Shown one piece after another: positions 31,045-41,773 of a stretch of DNA of 64,000 nt. The notes under the pieces were generated by a model. The model made no database searches. It was not told the DNA's origin and was given only the letters and a program-made list of their open reading frames with translations. The translations under genes and the position numbers were made by a program. Positions within the stretch are counted from its first letter, which is position 1. Each line of letters opens with the position of its first letter. This DNA comes from Dethiobacteria bacterium (GTDB taxonomy: Bacteria; Bacillota; Dethiobacteria; DTU022; UBA8154), in the NCBI GenBank assembly GCA_050948785.1, contig JBMNEM010000002.1:193721-257720 (forward strand), read 5' to 3'.

Positions 31045-32913
31045 ATGGCCATGACCATTTTACTGAGGGTAAATCTGACCACCGGAAAAATCGAGAAGGA
31101 AGATCTGACCGCCTGGCAGCACCGGTATATCGGGGGCCTCGGGGTAAATACAAAACTGGCCCTGACACTAATCCCCCCCGGCTGCTCTCCATTTGCTGCC
31201 GAAAACGTCCTTTTGGCCGGCCCCGGTTCACTGAGCGGGACGTTTCTCCCCACCGCCTGCCGCACCGATATGACTGCCAAATCACCCCTGAGCGGCAGAT
31301 TCGGCAGCGCCAACTCCGGCCATAAATGGGGCCTGAAGCTGCGCCGGGCAGGGTACGCTTACCTGGCCATTGAGGGAAAAGCAGAGCGGCCGCTGGTCCT
31401 CTATATTGATCACGGAAAAATTTTTCTGGAAGAGGCCACCCATCTCTGGGGAAAAGATACCTGGTTTACTGTGGACTGGATCAAAAAACACAAGGGAAAA
31501 GACTTTGAGGTGGCATGCATCGGGCCCGCCGGGGAAAACCTTGTCGCCTTTGCCTGCATACAAAATAATTATCATGCCTCCTGGGGCCGTACCGGCCTGG
31601 GAGCGGTCATGGGCAGTAAAAATTTAAAAGCCATTGCCGTCCGGGGAAAGGAAAAAATCAAAATTGCCAGGCCCGCTGAATTTCCCCGCATAAAAAAAGA
31701 AGCCTTCCAAAAAATCAGGCAGGAGGCAAGTTTCGGCATGACCAAAAAATATGGGAGTATGGTCGCCTCCTCCCCTTTTAACAAAATAGGGGCCCTCCCC
31801 GGACGGAACTATACCCTGGGCTCCCTGCCCGGCTGGGAGGAAACGAGGGGCAGGAAATTTTTTGCCGAGCATTACAAACAAAAAGACCAGGCCTGTTTTT
31901 CCTGTCCCATCGCCTGCAAACACAGATCCAGGGTAGAAGAAGGCCCCTGGCAGGGCTACACAGCCGCAGGCCCCGAAGTCACCCACATCCTGGAATTTGG
32001 AGCCCGGCTGGATCTGCAATCCATCCCGGAAATATTAAAATGCGTCGAGATTTGCAACCGCTTGGGCCTGGATGTCGTCTCCGGCGCCGCGGCCATTGCT
32101 TTTCTGATCGAATGCGGCGAAAAACAACTGCTTCTTTCTACAGAGATAGGCTTTCTTCCCCGGTGGGGCGACTTTGAAAGCATCTGCAAGATGCTGCATC
32201 TGATTGCCTGGAAGGAAGGCGGCGGTGCGCTTTTGGCCGGGGGAGTAAAACGTGCCTCTGAACAAATCCCCGGCAGCGAACAATTTTCCCTGCAGATCAA
32301 GGGAGTAGAGCTTTCCTGCCGCGACCCGCGGGCCAAATGCGATACCTGGGCTTTGGGCTATTTAACCAACACCAGAGGGGGCGACTATCTGCGCGCTCGT
32401 TCACCCGTGGAACTGCTGTCCGCAGATTTGCTTAGTGATGAAGCGGAAGAACTGGGGGTCACCCCCGCGCATATCGATCACTTGGACATGCCTTCCGATT
32501 TAAAAGAAAAGATTTTCGGTTCTCCTCCCGACCATGTTTATATCCCCCAGATGCTCAAATACGCTGAAGATTTGATCACAATTATCAATTCTACAGGCTT
32601 TTGTATCCGGCCTCCGGTGCTCCGCTCCCTGGGACCGGACTTTTTTGCCCGGGCCCTGAACGTGGTGACCGGAAGCGATTTTACAGCGGATTCTCTGCTG
32701 GAGAGCGCCGCACAGATCTGGGAAATGCAGCACCGGTTTAACCGGCGGGAAGGGGAAACAAAGGATGAATACAGGTTCCCGGCAAGATTTTACCACGAAC
32801 CGCTATCCAGGCCCGGGGGCGAACCCCACCCGCCTCTCTCCCCGGAAAAAGTGCAAAAGATCCTGCAAGCTTATTTCCAGATCAGAAACTGGGAAATGGA
32901 AGAAAAAGTTTAA
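31045..32913 (+). CDS. aor: Tungsten-containing aldehyde:ferredoxin oxidoreductase (AOR family)
   Basis: 622 aa. N-terminal AOR domain (...NRYIGGLGVN...AGPGSLSG...SPLSGR...), a [4Fe-4S] Cys cluster (CFSCPIACKH) and a C-terminal alpha domain. Confidence 0.8.
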   Translation: MAMTILLRVNLTTGKIEKEDLTAWQHRYIGGLGVNTKLALTLIPPGCSPFAAENVLLAGPGSLSGTFLPTACRTDMTAKSPLSGRFGSANSGHKWGLKLRRAGYAYLAIEGKAERPLVLYIDHGKIFLEEATHLWGKDTWFTVDWIKKHKGKDFEVACIGPAGENLVAFACIQNNYHASWGRTGLGAVMGSKNLKAIAVRGKEKIKIARPAEFPRIKKEAFQKIRQEASFGMTKKYGSMVASSPFNKIGALPGRNYTLGSLPGWEETRGRKFFAEHYKQKDQACFSCPIACKHRSRVEEGPWQGYTAAGPEVTHILEFGARLDLQSIPEILKCVEICNRLGLDVVSGAAAIAFLIECGEKQLLLSTEIGFLPRWGDFESICKMLHLIAWKEGGGALLAGGVKRASEQIPGSEQFSLQIKGVELSCRDPRAKCDTWALGYLTNTRGGDYLRARSPVELLSADLLSDEAEELGVTPAHIDHLDMPSDLKEKIFGSPPDHVYIPQMLKYAEDLITIINSTGFCIRPPVLRSLGPDFFARALNVVTGSDFTADSLLESAAQIWEMQHRFNRREGETKDEYRFPARFYHEPLSRPGGEPHPPLSPEKVQKILQAYFQIRNWEMEEKV

Positions 32914-34301
32914 GGAAGCCTGGTCACAAAAAGAATAAACACAGCTGTCAACCCCCAAAAAACAACGGCAAAAGCTGAATTCCAGCGGACACCCAATTTG
33001 TAAGGTGATTTTCCCGTGATAGATGAAAGGATCAGGACGAGAATGGAAAAAGGTGAGAGAATAAAAGACATGGACATGCCGCCCATCAAGGCCAGAGCCA
33101 AGCCTAGCGCATTAAATTCGAGAGGGGAAGCAAGCAGAGTCTTGGCGATAATGATGCCGGAAGCAAAAGGGTGCAACCCGATAAAGGCCAGCAGCATAAT
33201 GATTAACGGTACAGCAGCCAGGATAAAAACAATATCCACCCTGCCGGCAACCAACTCCATTAAATTACCCACTAATTTTAATGCTCCGCTGGCCTCCATG
33301 GCATAGGTAAAAAACCCCGCTGCAATAAAAAGCGTGGTCTGATCGGCCATTTTGATAATACCCTGGCTAAAAAAAGAAAAACTGCGCGTCATCAGTGGAG
33401 ACAATTGGTTGCTGACCACTCCCCAGATAAAGGTGGCAAACAGGCACCCCAGCGCGATACTATTTAATGAAGGAAAACGCCAAACGTTCCCTAAAAGCAG
33501 AGTGCTGCCGACCACACCGATGAATAAAACCAGGAAACTGGCCAAACGGCGGGAAGATATTTGGGGGAGGTCCAGTCCCTCCCCCACCTGGTTTTGTATT
33601 TGTCCATTTTTTCCCGCCAGCCGGCTTGCCTCCATGAAGAAAGCTGCCGCCAGACCGGCCAGGCTTAAAAGAAAAACCGGCCCCACCAGTTGAGGCCAGG
33701 AAAGTCCGGAATATTTAACGGCTATACCCACAGTAGCTGCAACAGGACTGACAATCAAAGCCATGGCATAGCCGCGCGCCACACTCGTCGTCTCCAAACG
33801 GCTGTTTTTTTCCAACCCCAATTTCCGCAGGTTTTCTTTAACCAGATAGTAAGAAGGTGCAACAGCACCTGCCAGGGATAACAAAGTAAGCACATAAGAA
33901 ATTAACAGTGAAATTACATAAGGTTGGGAAGGCCCTTTAGCCCTGGCATAAAAACGTTGAAAAAGCTCCGCATACCGTCCCAGTTCCAACGGTATCCCCA
34001 GAATATTTACCGCTGCCATCACCGCCACAAGGGGAGCCATCTCCGTAAATCCCCCGATTAACTCCGCAGGAGGTACCGGCGTTTGGAATAAAAAAAACGC
34101 CAGCAAGCTGCTGCCGCAAAGGGCAAAGGCTATGGCTTTGGAATAAAAAGATATCAGGGGAAACAAAAAAACAAAAGCAAACAGGACAATTGCTCCCCCG
34201 GTAAAAACAAGTGCAAAGCTTTTTTCGAATAAAAATTCCAAAAGACCGATGATCACAACAGCTGTACAAAACCATGGCCTGAGACGGTTGAGACACATCA
34301 T
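32910..34301 (-). CDS. Polytopic integral membrane protein, putative transporter of unknown family
   Basis: 463 aa with about 12 predicted TM helices. No diagnostic motif was recognised. Confidence 0.35.
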   Translation of the reverse strand: MMCLNRLRPWFCTAVVIIGLLEFLFEKSFALVFTGGAIVLFAFVFLFPLISFYSKAIAFALCGSSLLAFFLFQTPVPPAELIGGFTEMAPLVAVMAAVNILGIPLELGRYAELFQRFYARAKGPSQPYVISLLISYVLTLLSLAGAVAPSYYLVKENLRKLGLEKNSRLETTSVARGYAMALIVSPVAATVGIAVKYSGLSWPQLVGPVFLLSLAGLAAAFFMEASRLAGKNGQIQNQVGEGLDLPQISSRRLASFLVLFIGVVGSTLLLGNVWRFPSLNSIALGCLFATFIWGVVSNQLSPLMTRSFSFFSQGIIKMADQTTLFIAAGFFTYAMEASGALKLVGNLMELVAGRVDIVFILAAVPLIIMLLAFIGLHPFASGIIIAKTLLASPLEFNALGLALALMGGMSMSFILSPFSILVLILSSITGKSPYKLGVRWNSAFAVVFWGLTAVFILFVTRLP

Positions 34302-34448
34302 TTTTTATCTAATCCCTACCAAGTTTAATTCCTCGAAAACTTTTTTAACATTTGAGTTTCATCATCTTCATGAGATTTAATTACCGCTTGGTACCAGCGT
34401 AACTATATTTTCTGGAACCATGTGCTCTTTTCCTGCTCAAGATACCTT

Positions 34449-35402
34449 TCATCTAAAATCCATCTTTTTTCCATCTTTTTCCCGCCAATCATTGTTTTGT
34501 TGCAGGCTTTCCAGCTTGCCGGGTTCCAAAAGCCATATTTCTGTACTTTCCGGTAATAAATCCTTACTTAAAGATACCGGTTTTGCGCCTTTTTCTTTTA
34601 TTTTTTCTTCCCCTTCCAGAAAGGGCTTCAGATCGGCAAGCGGCCAATTTCTGGTAACCTTTGTCTGGTAGTGCATCGGTATGGCTACAGCCGGAGAAAG
34701 CTGTGCGATCACCTGTTTGGCTTCCCGGGCATTGATCGTATAGTGCCCACCAACAGGGATCAAAAGTATATCCACAGGAGTTAGTTTTTCAATCTCGCCT
34801 TCGTTTAAAAGATGTCCCAGGTCCCCAAGGTGAACGATGCGCAAGTTTCCAAGATTAAAAATAAAGGCGGCATTACGGCCTCTTTGTTTCCCTGCAGCCC
34901 CGTCATGGTAGGTGGGCATGCTGGTAATATGGATCTCCCCCTGGGTAAACGAGACATCATCCCACCCGAGGCCATCAATCGTCAATCCTCTCAGAATTTT
35001 GGCCCTGGGGGAAGCAGCTGTATAGTTGTGGTCCATATGCTCATGGCTGACTGTCATTATTTGTGTTTCCAGGTTTAGTGTTTCATAACCCACATCGGGG
35101 GAATAAGGATCCATGAGGATACGCAGGCCATTTGCTTCCAGTAAAAAGCAAGAATGCCCCAGGTGCTGCAGCATGACCTCCTCCAACTGAACATCACCCT
35201 TTTCTACCCGCAGCTCTGCCCTATTCCTTTCCTGCTCCTGGTTTCCGGCATTTTCATTCTCTTCTCCTGCAGCAGTCCTCTCCCTTAATCCCGGGTCGCC
35301 GCTGCGCTTTTTCGCCATAAAGTGGTAACCTGAAAAACTGACCAGCAAAAACAAAACGACCAGCATCCATAAAAATGTTTTTCTACCCATAGGTCCCTTC
35401 AT
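34449..35402 (-). CDS. MBL-fold metallo-hydrolase with N-terminal membrane anchor
   Basis: HxHxDH-type motif (SHEHMDHN), a later HLGD motif, an N-terminal TM helix and an acidic linker. Confidence 0.65.
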   Translation of the reverse strand: MKGPMGRKTFLWMLVVLFLLVSFSGYHFMAKKRSGDPGLRERTAAGEENENAGNQEQERNRAELRVEKGDVQLEEVMLQHLGHSCFLLEANGLRILMDPYSPDVGYETLNLETQIMTVSHEHMDHNYTAASPRAKILRGLTIDGLGWDDVSFTQGEIHITSMPTYHDGAAGKQRGRNAAFIFNLGNLRIVHLGDLGHLLNEGEIEKLTPVDILLIPVGGHYTINAREAKQVIAQLSPAVAIPMHYQTKVTRNWPLADLKPFLEGEEKIKEKGAKPVSLSKDLLPESTEIWLLEPGKLESLQQNNDWREKDGKKMDFR

Positions 35403-35502
35403 CCCTTCTCCCCGGAATTGCGCCTTTAAAATATTTTAGGTGGCCGGGCGCAAACCAGTACCTAATTCATTTTATGAAGGAAATGAAGCAACCATGTCAC
35501 CT

Positions 35503-37416
35503 TTATTTTTCACGGAAACCTACTTTTACCAAGTAAACCCCGGAGCTAAATGTTTTTTTCATATCAAAACCCACTTTTTCAATGACTCGCATGATCCTGA
35601 CATTGTTTGGCAGGACCTCCGCTATAAATCCCAGCACACCCTGTTTCTTGGCCAGATAGGCCAGATAGGACATAATTTCCGTACCGACACCTATGCTTTG
35701 GTAATCATCCTTGACTACTAAAGCAACTTCGGCTGTGCGGCTGCCCTCATTTATCGCATACTGCCCCACGCCAATCACTATCTCCCTGTCTCCCTCTTGC
35801 AGTAAAGCGAGAATTACCATCTCCTTTGTGTAATCGATAACCACAAAAAGATCCTGCAGGATCTCGTGCGGCATATCTTTACGCCGTGTGATAAACCTTT
35901 TATACATAGATTCTTCGGAAAGAGAATAAATAAATTTTTTCAAGAGGGATTCATCGCTTATTTTTACAGGGCGCAATAGAAATTTAACGCCATTTTTAGC
36001 CGTCCGGTACGTCTCCAACTCACCGGGATATTCACCGCCTTTACCGGGTATAAAAGCCTGGTCCGGATAGATAAGAGACAGCTCTTTGGCGGCAGCGATC
36101 AACCCGGGGCGAAAATCGGGATGCGCAATGGCAATCAAGGACATGGCCCGCTCCCGAATATTTTTCCCGAAAAGATAGGCTATTCCATATTCGGTGATGA
36201 CATAATGAATATCACCGCGTGTCAGGGTTACACCGGCACCTTCCTGCAGTAGAGGCACAATCCTGGACACCTGGCCCTCTTTTGCCGTGGACGGCAGCGC
36301 GAGAATCGTTTTACCGCCCTGGGCCAAAACTGCTCCCCGCATGAAGTCTGCCTGGCCCCCAATCCCGGACATAAATTTTTTCCCTATCGACTCCGCAGAA
36401 GCCTGCCCGGTAAGATCTATCTCCAGGGCACTGTTGATGGCTACCATGTTTTTATTCCTGGCTATAATAGTGGGATTGTTGGTATAATCAATCGTCCGAA
36501 ACTCTATACTGGGATTGTCATGGAGAAATTCATAAGTTATCCTTTTGCCCATACAAAAAGTAGCTACAGTCTTACCGCGATCAATATTCTTACGGGAATT
36601 GTCAATAACACCTTTTTTAATCAACTCCACAACCCCGTCGCTTAGCAGTTCAGTATGCACACCAAGATGCTTTTTACTGTCAAGGCTTTTTAAAATGGCA
36701 TTAGGAATATTTCCATAACCAACCTGAATTGTGTCCCCGTCTTCAATTAACTGCGCGACATGATTTCCGATTTTCCAGGCAACCTCATCTTCAGCCTGCG
36801 TTTCATACTCTAACAGCGGCTCATCATGATGAATAAGAAAGTTTACATCCTGGACATGGATAAAGGTATCCCCATGCACCCGCGGCATATGGGCATTGAC
36901 TTGGGCAATGACCAGTGCGGCATTTTCAACTGCAGCTTTAACAATATCGACACTGATACCCAGGCTGAGATAACCATGCTCATCCGGCAGGGAGGTCTGT
37001 ATCAGCGCCACATCAACCGGAACCAGCTTGCGGTATAACAATTCGGGTACATCGGAAGCAAATACAGGCGTATAGTCAGCCATCCCCCGGTTGACTGCTT
37101 CCCTGGCATTTTTTTCGATAAAGAAGGCGTTCAGCCTGAAATTACGTTTAAACTTGAGGCTGGCGTAGGGCGCAACACCAAACGTCCAAACCTGTAAAAT
37201 TTCGGCATCCAAAAAAGCTTTGGGATCGGATTCCACATAACGGATCAGAGCACGGACCAGATACTGCGGTTCACCACAACCCGAACCAATAAAAATCCTG
37301 TCCCCCGCATGGATATTTTTAAATATATCTTTCTCCGGGACAAATTTTTGCGGATACTGGACTCTAATCTCCTCTAATTTATCTTTCTTCCCTCCAGCAT
37401 TTATTTGTCTATCCAT
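35503..37416 (-). CDS. Acetyl-CoA hydrolase/transferase family protein fused to a C-terminal GNAT N-acetyltransferase domain
   Basis: N-terminal and C-terminal CoA-transferase domains (...GSGCGEP..., ...SGIGGQADFMRGA...), followed by a GNAT fold (...VALVVKDDYQSIGVGTEIM...). Confidence 0.7.
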   Translation of the reverse strand: MDRQINAGGKKDKLEEIRVQYPQKFVPEKDIFKNIHAGDRIFIGSGCGEPQYLVRALIRYVESDPKAFLDAEILQVWTFGVAPYASLKFKRNFRLNAFFIEKNAREAVNRGMADYTPVFASDVPELLYRKLVPVDVALIQTSLPDEHGYLSLGISVDIVKAAVENAALVIAQVNAHMPRVHGDTFIHVQDVNFLIHHDEPLLEYETQAEDEVAWKIGNHVAQLIEDGDTIQVGYGNIPNAILKSLDSKKHLGVHTELLSDGVVELIKKGVIDNSRKNIDRGKTVATFCMGKRITYEFLHDNPSIEFRTIDYTNNPTIIARNKNMVAINSALEIDLTGQASAESIGKKFMSGIGGQADFMRGAVLAQGGKTILALPSTAKEGQVSRIVPLLQEGAGVTLTRGDIHYVITEYGIAYLFGKNIRERAMSLIAIAHPDFRPGLIAAAKELSLIYPDQAFIPGKGGEYPGELETYRTAKNGVKFLLRPVKISDESLLKKFIYSLSEESMYKRFITRRKDMPHEILQDLFVVIDYTKEMVILALLQEGDREIVIGVGQYAINEGSRTAEVALVVKDDYQSIGVGTEIMSYLAYLAKKQGVLGFIAEVLPNNVRIMRVIEKVGFDMKKTFSSGVYLVKVGFREK

Positions 37417-37588
37417 GGCAACCCTCTCTTTTTAATTTTATTTTCCTGATCAGGATATATCCCTTTTTTAGCGTGCCACACATTGATTAAAACGGTAAAC
37501 TTTGTTAAGATACATGATGTGGCGGTATGTTCGCTACTTCAAGGGAGTCCTTTTTCAATGATTATCGGAAAAAACGAGGCGTATTAAA

Positions 37589-38338
37589 ATGCACCCTTTT
37601 CTCGCCGCTTTGGCCTTTTTGACCAAAATACCTGTTCCCGGGCAAAACAGAATTACACTGGACAACCTGGTGAGAAGTTCTGCTTATTTCCCCCTGGTAG
37701 GAGCAATACTGGGAGGAATTTTATGGCTTTTCTCCCAATTTTTAAATTACCTTTTTGGAGGTGCGGCCCTTCCTGCTGCAGCCCTACTCCTTACTTTATG
37801 GATATTTTTTACCGGGGCGCTGCACTTGGACGGTTTGGCGGATACCTTTGACGGCATGGCCGGGGGGACTACCAAGGAAGACCGCCTACGGATCATGAAA
37901 GACAGCTCCACGGGCTCCTTTGGCCTTGTTGCCGTGGTTTTAGTGTTACTGTTGAAATTCAGCTTTCTACAGCACCTACAGGGAGAGCGCCTTACTGCCG
38001 CTCTTCTTTATAGCCCTCTTTTGAGCCGTTGGTCGATGGTTCTCTTAATGTATTTTACCCCTTATGCCAAGAAAACAGCAAGCTTGGGGAAACCTTTTGT
38101 AGAACAAATAGGCAAAAAACAGCTGGCCATGGCCAGCGCCTTGACCATCGCCGCCGGCTTCCTTTACCCCATGACTTTTTTTCTAACCCTTTTGCTGCCC
38201 ATTCTTTTGCTTGTAGCCCTTTTCCGGCGATTTTTTCTGCAAAAAATTGACGGGATTACCGGAGACTGCTTAGGTGCGACCAATGAATTGCTGGAACTCG
38301 CCGTGCTTTTTCTCCTTCTGCTGCCCCATTCATACTAA
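37589..38338 (+). CDS. cobS: Adenosylcobinamide-GDP ribazoletransferase (cobalamin synthase)
   Basis: Signature motifs ...LTKIPVP... and ...GALHLDGLADTFDG.... 249 aa membrane protein. Confidence 0.85.
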   Translation: MHPFLAALAFLTKIPVPGQNRITLDNLVRSSAYFPLVGAILGGILWLFSQFLNYLFGGAALPAAALLLTLWIFFTGALHLDGLADTFDGMAGGTTKEDRLRIMKDSSTGSFGLVAVVLVLLLKFSFLQHLQGERLTAALLYSPLLSRWSMVLLMYFTPYAKKTASLGKPFVEQIGKKQLAMASALTIAAGFLYPMTFFLTLLLPILLLVALFRRFFLQKIDGITGDCLGATNELLELAVLFLLLLPHSY

Positions 38339-38404
38339 TTATACTAAAAATGGTCAAAATAATAACAAGCAAACGAACGAAAAAAGTCAGGGGGAAAGAT
38401 CTTC

Positions 38405-39241
38405 TTGAATACCTTTCAGCTACTCTGGATTATCATCATCATCTCTGCTTTTTTACCCCTTTTAAAACAGTACCGCTTAAACATGATCCGCTTAAAAGTA
38501 CTCCGTTCTTTACAAAAAAAAAGAAAATCGCAGATAATTACATTGATCCACCGCCAGGAATTCTTTAGCTTTCTCGGTATTCCGTTTTCACGTTTTATCA
38601 ACATCGAAGACTCCGAACAGATCTTACGGGCGATCCGCCTTACACCAGGCCATGTCCCCATTGATCTTGTCCTGCACACACCCGGCGGGCTGGTCCTCGC
38701 TGCCGAGCAAATTGCGGCCGCGCTACAAAAACATGCCGCTCGCGTCACAGTTTTTGTACCTCATTATGCCATGTCCGGGGGCACGATGATTGCACTGGCC
38801 GCGGATGAGATTGTCATGGATGAAAATGCCGTTCTAGGACCTGTTGACCCCCAAATAGGAAGTTACCCGGCTGTATCCATTTTAAAAGCCGTGGAAATAA
38901 AAAACAAAAACCGCCTGGAGGACCAGACCCTCATCCTGGCGGATATTGCCCGCAAAGCGGTTCAACAGGTGGAGGCCACCATTTTCAGGCTTTTGCTTAA
39001 ACATATGGAACTGGAAAAAGCCCGCCAAACAGCCCAAATAATGAGCCAGGGACGCTGGACCCATGATTTTCCCCTGACCAGCGAGGCCCTGAAAGAGCTG
39101 GGCCTGCATATCTCCACGGAAGTTCCCTGGGAAATTTACAGCCTGATGGGCCTTTATCCCCAGCCACAGCAGCGGAGACCCTCTGTGCAATATGTGCCCC
39201 TGCCAGGCGAAGCAGAAAATGATCGCTGGAGAGGAAATTAG
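38405..39241 (+). CDS. SDH-family Clp-fold serine protease (DUF114/SppA-NfeD-like), membrane-anchored
   Basis: ...LVLHTPGGLV...HYAMSGGTMIALAADEIVM... is a ClpP/SppA-like Ser-containing core. It has an N-terminal TM segment. Confidence 0.55.
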   Translation: MNTFQLLWIIIIISAFLPLLKQYRLNMIRLKVLRSLQKKRKSQIITLIHRQEFFSFLGIPFSRFINIEDSEQILRAIRLTPGHVPIDLVLHTPGGLVLAAEQIAAALQKHAARVTVFVPHYAMSGGTMIALAADEIVMDENAVLGPVDPQIGSYPAVSILKAVEIKNKNRLEDQTLILADIARKAVQQVEATIFRLLLKHMELEKARQTAQIMSQGRWTHDFPLTSEALKELGLHISTEVPWEIYSLMGLYPQPQQRRPSVQYVPLPGEAENDRWRGN

Positions 39242-39261
39242 CGGAGACAATGCTCGACCGC

Positions 39262-39670
39262 CTGCCACAAACACCCGCCACAAGGACCGTCCGAGACCAC
39301 TGAAAAACTATGTTTTTTTTATTTATCATTTTAAAACGAAATTGAGGAGTCTGATGTTTTCAATGGTTTAGGGATCCTTCGCTATTGCTCAGGATGACAA
39401 AAGGGACTTTTTCAGTGGTCTCGGACCGTCCCCGCGGTTGGTGCCCGCGGCTGGGTGCCCTTGGCTGGCCCACCACCGCCCCTTGACCGAATCGCCTGTC
39501 CTAATGCCGGGTAATGCCGCACCCGGCTGCGCCTCAGCCAATTAATGCCTGACCGCTCCTTGGGCTACCCAGTCTACCATGGGAATCCGCGGGATCACGG
39601 GAACCGTCCCTCCGGTTGCCGCGGCTACACCTGCCACAAGCACCGTCCCCGCGGTTGGCCCAAGCCCAAT
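39262..39670. repeat. Cluster of GC-rich 25-mer repeats (CCACAAGGACCGTCCCCGCGGTTGG and variants), including a 24-bp inverted repeat (39283-39306 against 39405-39430) that encloses an AT-rich ~100-nt loop
   Basis: GGACCGTCCGAGACCACTGAAAAA ... TTTTTCAGTGGTCTCGGACCGTCC. The same 25-mer family occurs at 42720-43000, 43780-43850, 44250-44330 and, in reverse orientation, at 58405-58505. Confidence 0.7.
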
Positions 39671-39785
39671 CAAAACCCCTCAGGGCAAAATGCCCACATT
39701 TTCCCTGCCTTTTTCCTCTCTCTTTTGTGTTATAATGATTTTGTAGTTTACATAAAAAGAGAGACCTGAGAACGCGGAGGTAATA

Positions 39786-40733
39786 ATGGATCCCTTTACC
39801 CATGCAATTGTCGGCATAGGTGTAGGAGCACTTTCCGGACAACCTTTCTCCCCTTATAACCCCATCTATTGCGCGTCTGTGATGGGCGCAGTCATTCCGG
39901 ATCTTGACGTAATCACCATGCTGAAAGGTGAATTTTTTTTAATCAAGCACCACCGGGGAGCCTCACATTCCCTTGGGGGCTTTCTACTGCTCTCCGCGGC
40001 GGTTGCCGGAATAATATACCTGGATTTTGGCCTCTATCCCTGGCCCTATTTTTTCTGGGCCCTTGGCGGAGCTCTTTCCCATGGGGTGCTCGATTTTTTT
40101 AATTCCTACGGTACACAAATATGGTGGCCTTTCTGTAAAAAACGCCGCGCCGGAAACCTGCTCATGTTTTTTGACCCGCTCCTCTTTCTATTTTTCATCC
40201 CAATCCTTATTAATTATCAAAACCCCTTAAAAACAGCGCTTATGGCCTTTTCAGGGGCCGCTCTCCACCTGTTTTTGCGCTGGAAAATGCGTTTAAAAGC
40301 GGAACACTTATTAAAAAAGGAGTACGGGCCTCAGATAGAAAAGGAAGACCGATTGGCAGTTTTGCCGGCTTTAAAAAGCTTTGTCCACTGGGACTTTTTA
40401 ATCGAAAGGCCACGCGAGGTTATCGTCGGCACACTTAATTTTCTTGATCAAAAGGTCAGCAGCTGCCAGCGCATGGACAAAAATGCATTTTCCCCTTTAA
40501 TCCATAAAGCCCTGCAGACTGCTCCCGGACGCCTTTTCTGTCAGTTTACCTCTTATTATTTTATTACACAGTGGGAGGAAAAAGGTAAATACTTTGTCAA
40601 ACTGGCCGACCTCCGCTTTAAACACCAATCAGACTTTTTGTATAAACTGACCCTGATTTTTAATGAACAGCATCTTCTGGAGGAAGCCTATTTCTGCCAC
40701 CAAAATGATTTTATACCTATAGATATCATTTAA
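39786..40733 (+). CDS. Membrane-bound metal-dependent hydrolase (DUF457/YdjM-like)
   Basis: N-terminal MDPFTHAIVG...HRGASHSL... His-rich motifs within TM helices, then a C-terminal soluble extension. Confidence 0.5.
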   Translation: MDPFTHAIVGIGVGALSGQPFSPYNPIYCASVMGAVIPDLDVITMLKGEFFLIKHHRGASHSLGGFLLLSAAVAGIIYLDFGLYPWPYFFWALGGALSHGVLDFFNSYGTQIWWPFCKKRRAGNLLMFFDPLLFLFFIPILINYQNPLKTALMAFSGAALHLFLRWKMRLKAEHLLKKEYGPQIEKEDRLAVLPALKSFVHWDFLIERPREVIVGTLNFLDQKVSSCQRMDKNAFSPLIHKALQTAPGRLFCQFTSYYFITQWEEKGKYFVKLADLRFKHQSDFLYKLTLIFNEQHLLEEAYFCHQNDFIPIDII

Positions 40734-40932
40734 CACCCCTGTAAAAAACCAACACGGCGATAATCGCCACACCCAAGTAAAACAAAGGAGAAAGAAGCAC
40801 TACCGGTGCGAAAACAAAAGCAATAAAGAAAAGCCCCAAACCTAAAATAAGAAGCATAAAAAACCGGGCTTGGCCCTTTTTAGGCCAAAACAAAATCATG
40901 AGAACCAGCAAAAGCGTAATGGCCAGATCCAT
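40726..40932 (-). CDS. Small hydrophobic protein of unknown function (2 TM)
   Basis: 68-aa ORF made almost entirely of hydrophobic residues. It may not be real. Confidence 0.25.
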   Translation of the reverse strand: MDLAITLLLVLMILFWPKKGQARFFMLLILGLGLFFIAFVFAPVVLLSPLFYLGVAIIAVLVFYRGVK

Positions 40933-41078
40933 AAACAGTTATCTTCCCCTCTTCCGGTCTAGATACAGTATATAAAAAAGCGGGCCAAAAATCCATCCCC
41001 GGCAGAGCGAAGCGGCCAATTTTTTAGTTCATAAGCTGTACTGAATTTTTCCGGCCGAAAATTTTATACCCTGTCAGG

Positions 41079-41351
41079 CTATGCTGTAAGGTGCTGCAGA
41101 ATTAAAAGTAAAATCACCCCCGGCACCCCCATCATGCCTACAATTAAAGCCGTGACCACATTTAAGCCAATCTGTACCCCCCAAAAAGCTCCGAAAACAT
41201 TAAAGAGCGCCAGTAAAATGCCCCCGACCAGTGTATTGAGGAGGAAACGTAGAAATATTCGCAGGGGGAAATACAACAATCGTGCCAGAATATAAATGAC
41301 TAATACTCCGAAAAAAAAGGCAATGATAAAATTTATATCCAGATTGAGCAT
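41079..41351 (-). CDS. bofA: Pro-sigma-K processing inhibitor BofA
   Basis: 90 aa with two TM helices; ...LNTLVGGILLALFNVFG...TALIVGMMGVPGVILLLIL... is BofA-like. It is adjacent to a yaaL-like gene, as in Bacillus. Confidence 0.55.
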   Translation of the reverse strand: MLNLDINFIIAFFFGVLVIYILARLLYFPLRIFLRFLLNTLVGGILLALFNVFGAFWGVQIGLNVVTALIVGMMGVPGVILLLILQHLTA

Positions 41352-41387
41352 GGCAGGTTTTTAAAAGTCCTCCTTTCCGGTAAAATT

Positions 41388-41648
41388 TCATCCCGATTCA
41401 TTTCTTTCCCGCGCTTCCTTGAGCAAAAAAACATAGCGGCGTTCGGCGGCATTGAGATTATAAATAGCGTGATCAATGAGGTCCTCTTCACAAACATTAT
41501 TGAAAAGTGCTATAGCCGCCAGCCAATCCTGCCGGGCCTTTTCCAGCAGGGATAAGTTGTGTTCATAACTCTCCTCTATTGTAACTTCGTGTTTTTCCCC
41601 CAGCAGCTTTTGCGAAATTTCAATCAGAAAATTACTCAAGTCCTTCAT
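41388..41648 (-). CDS. yaaL: YaaL-family protein (DUF2508)
   Basis: 86 aa. The yaaL-bofA synteny is conserved in sporulating Firmicutes. Confidence 0.5.
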   Translation of the reverse strand: MKDLSNFLIEISQKLLGEKHEVTIEESYEHNLSLLEKARQDWLAAIALFNNVCEEDLIDHAIYNLNAAERRYVFLLKEARERNESG

Positions 41649-41773
41649 AAATAGTCCACTCCCACTTTTTCGTTATATTATAATATTCATCTTCCTTTAA
41701 AATAATGTATTTCTGATGGGGTATAATTTATCGTGGAAGGGACAATTTATTTTGTTTCAGGGTGGGAAAATAT

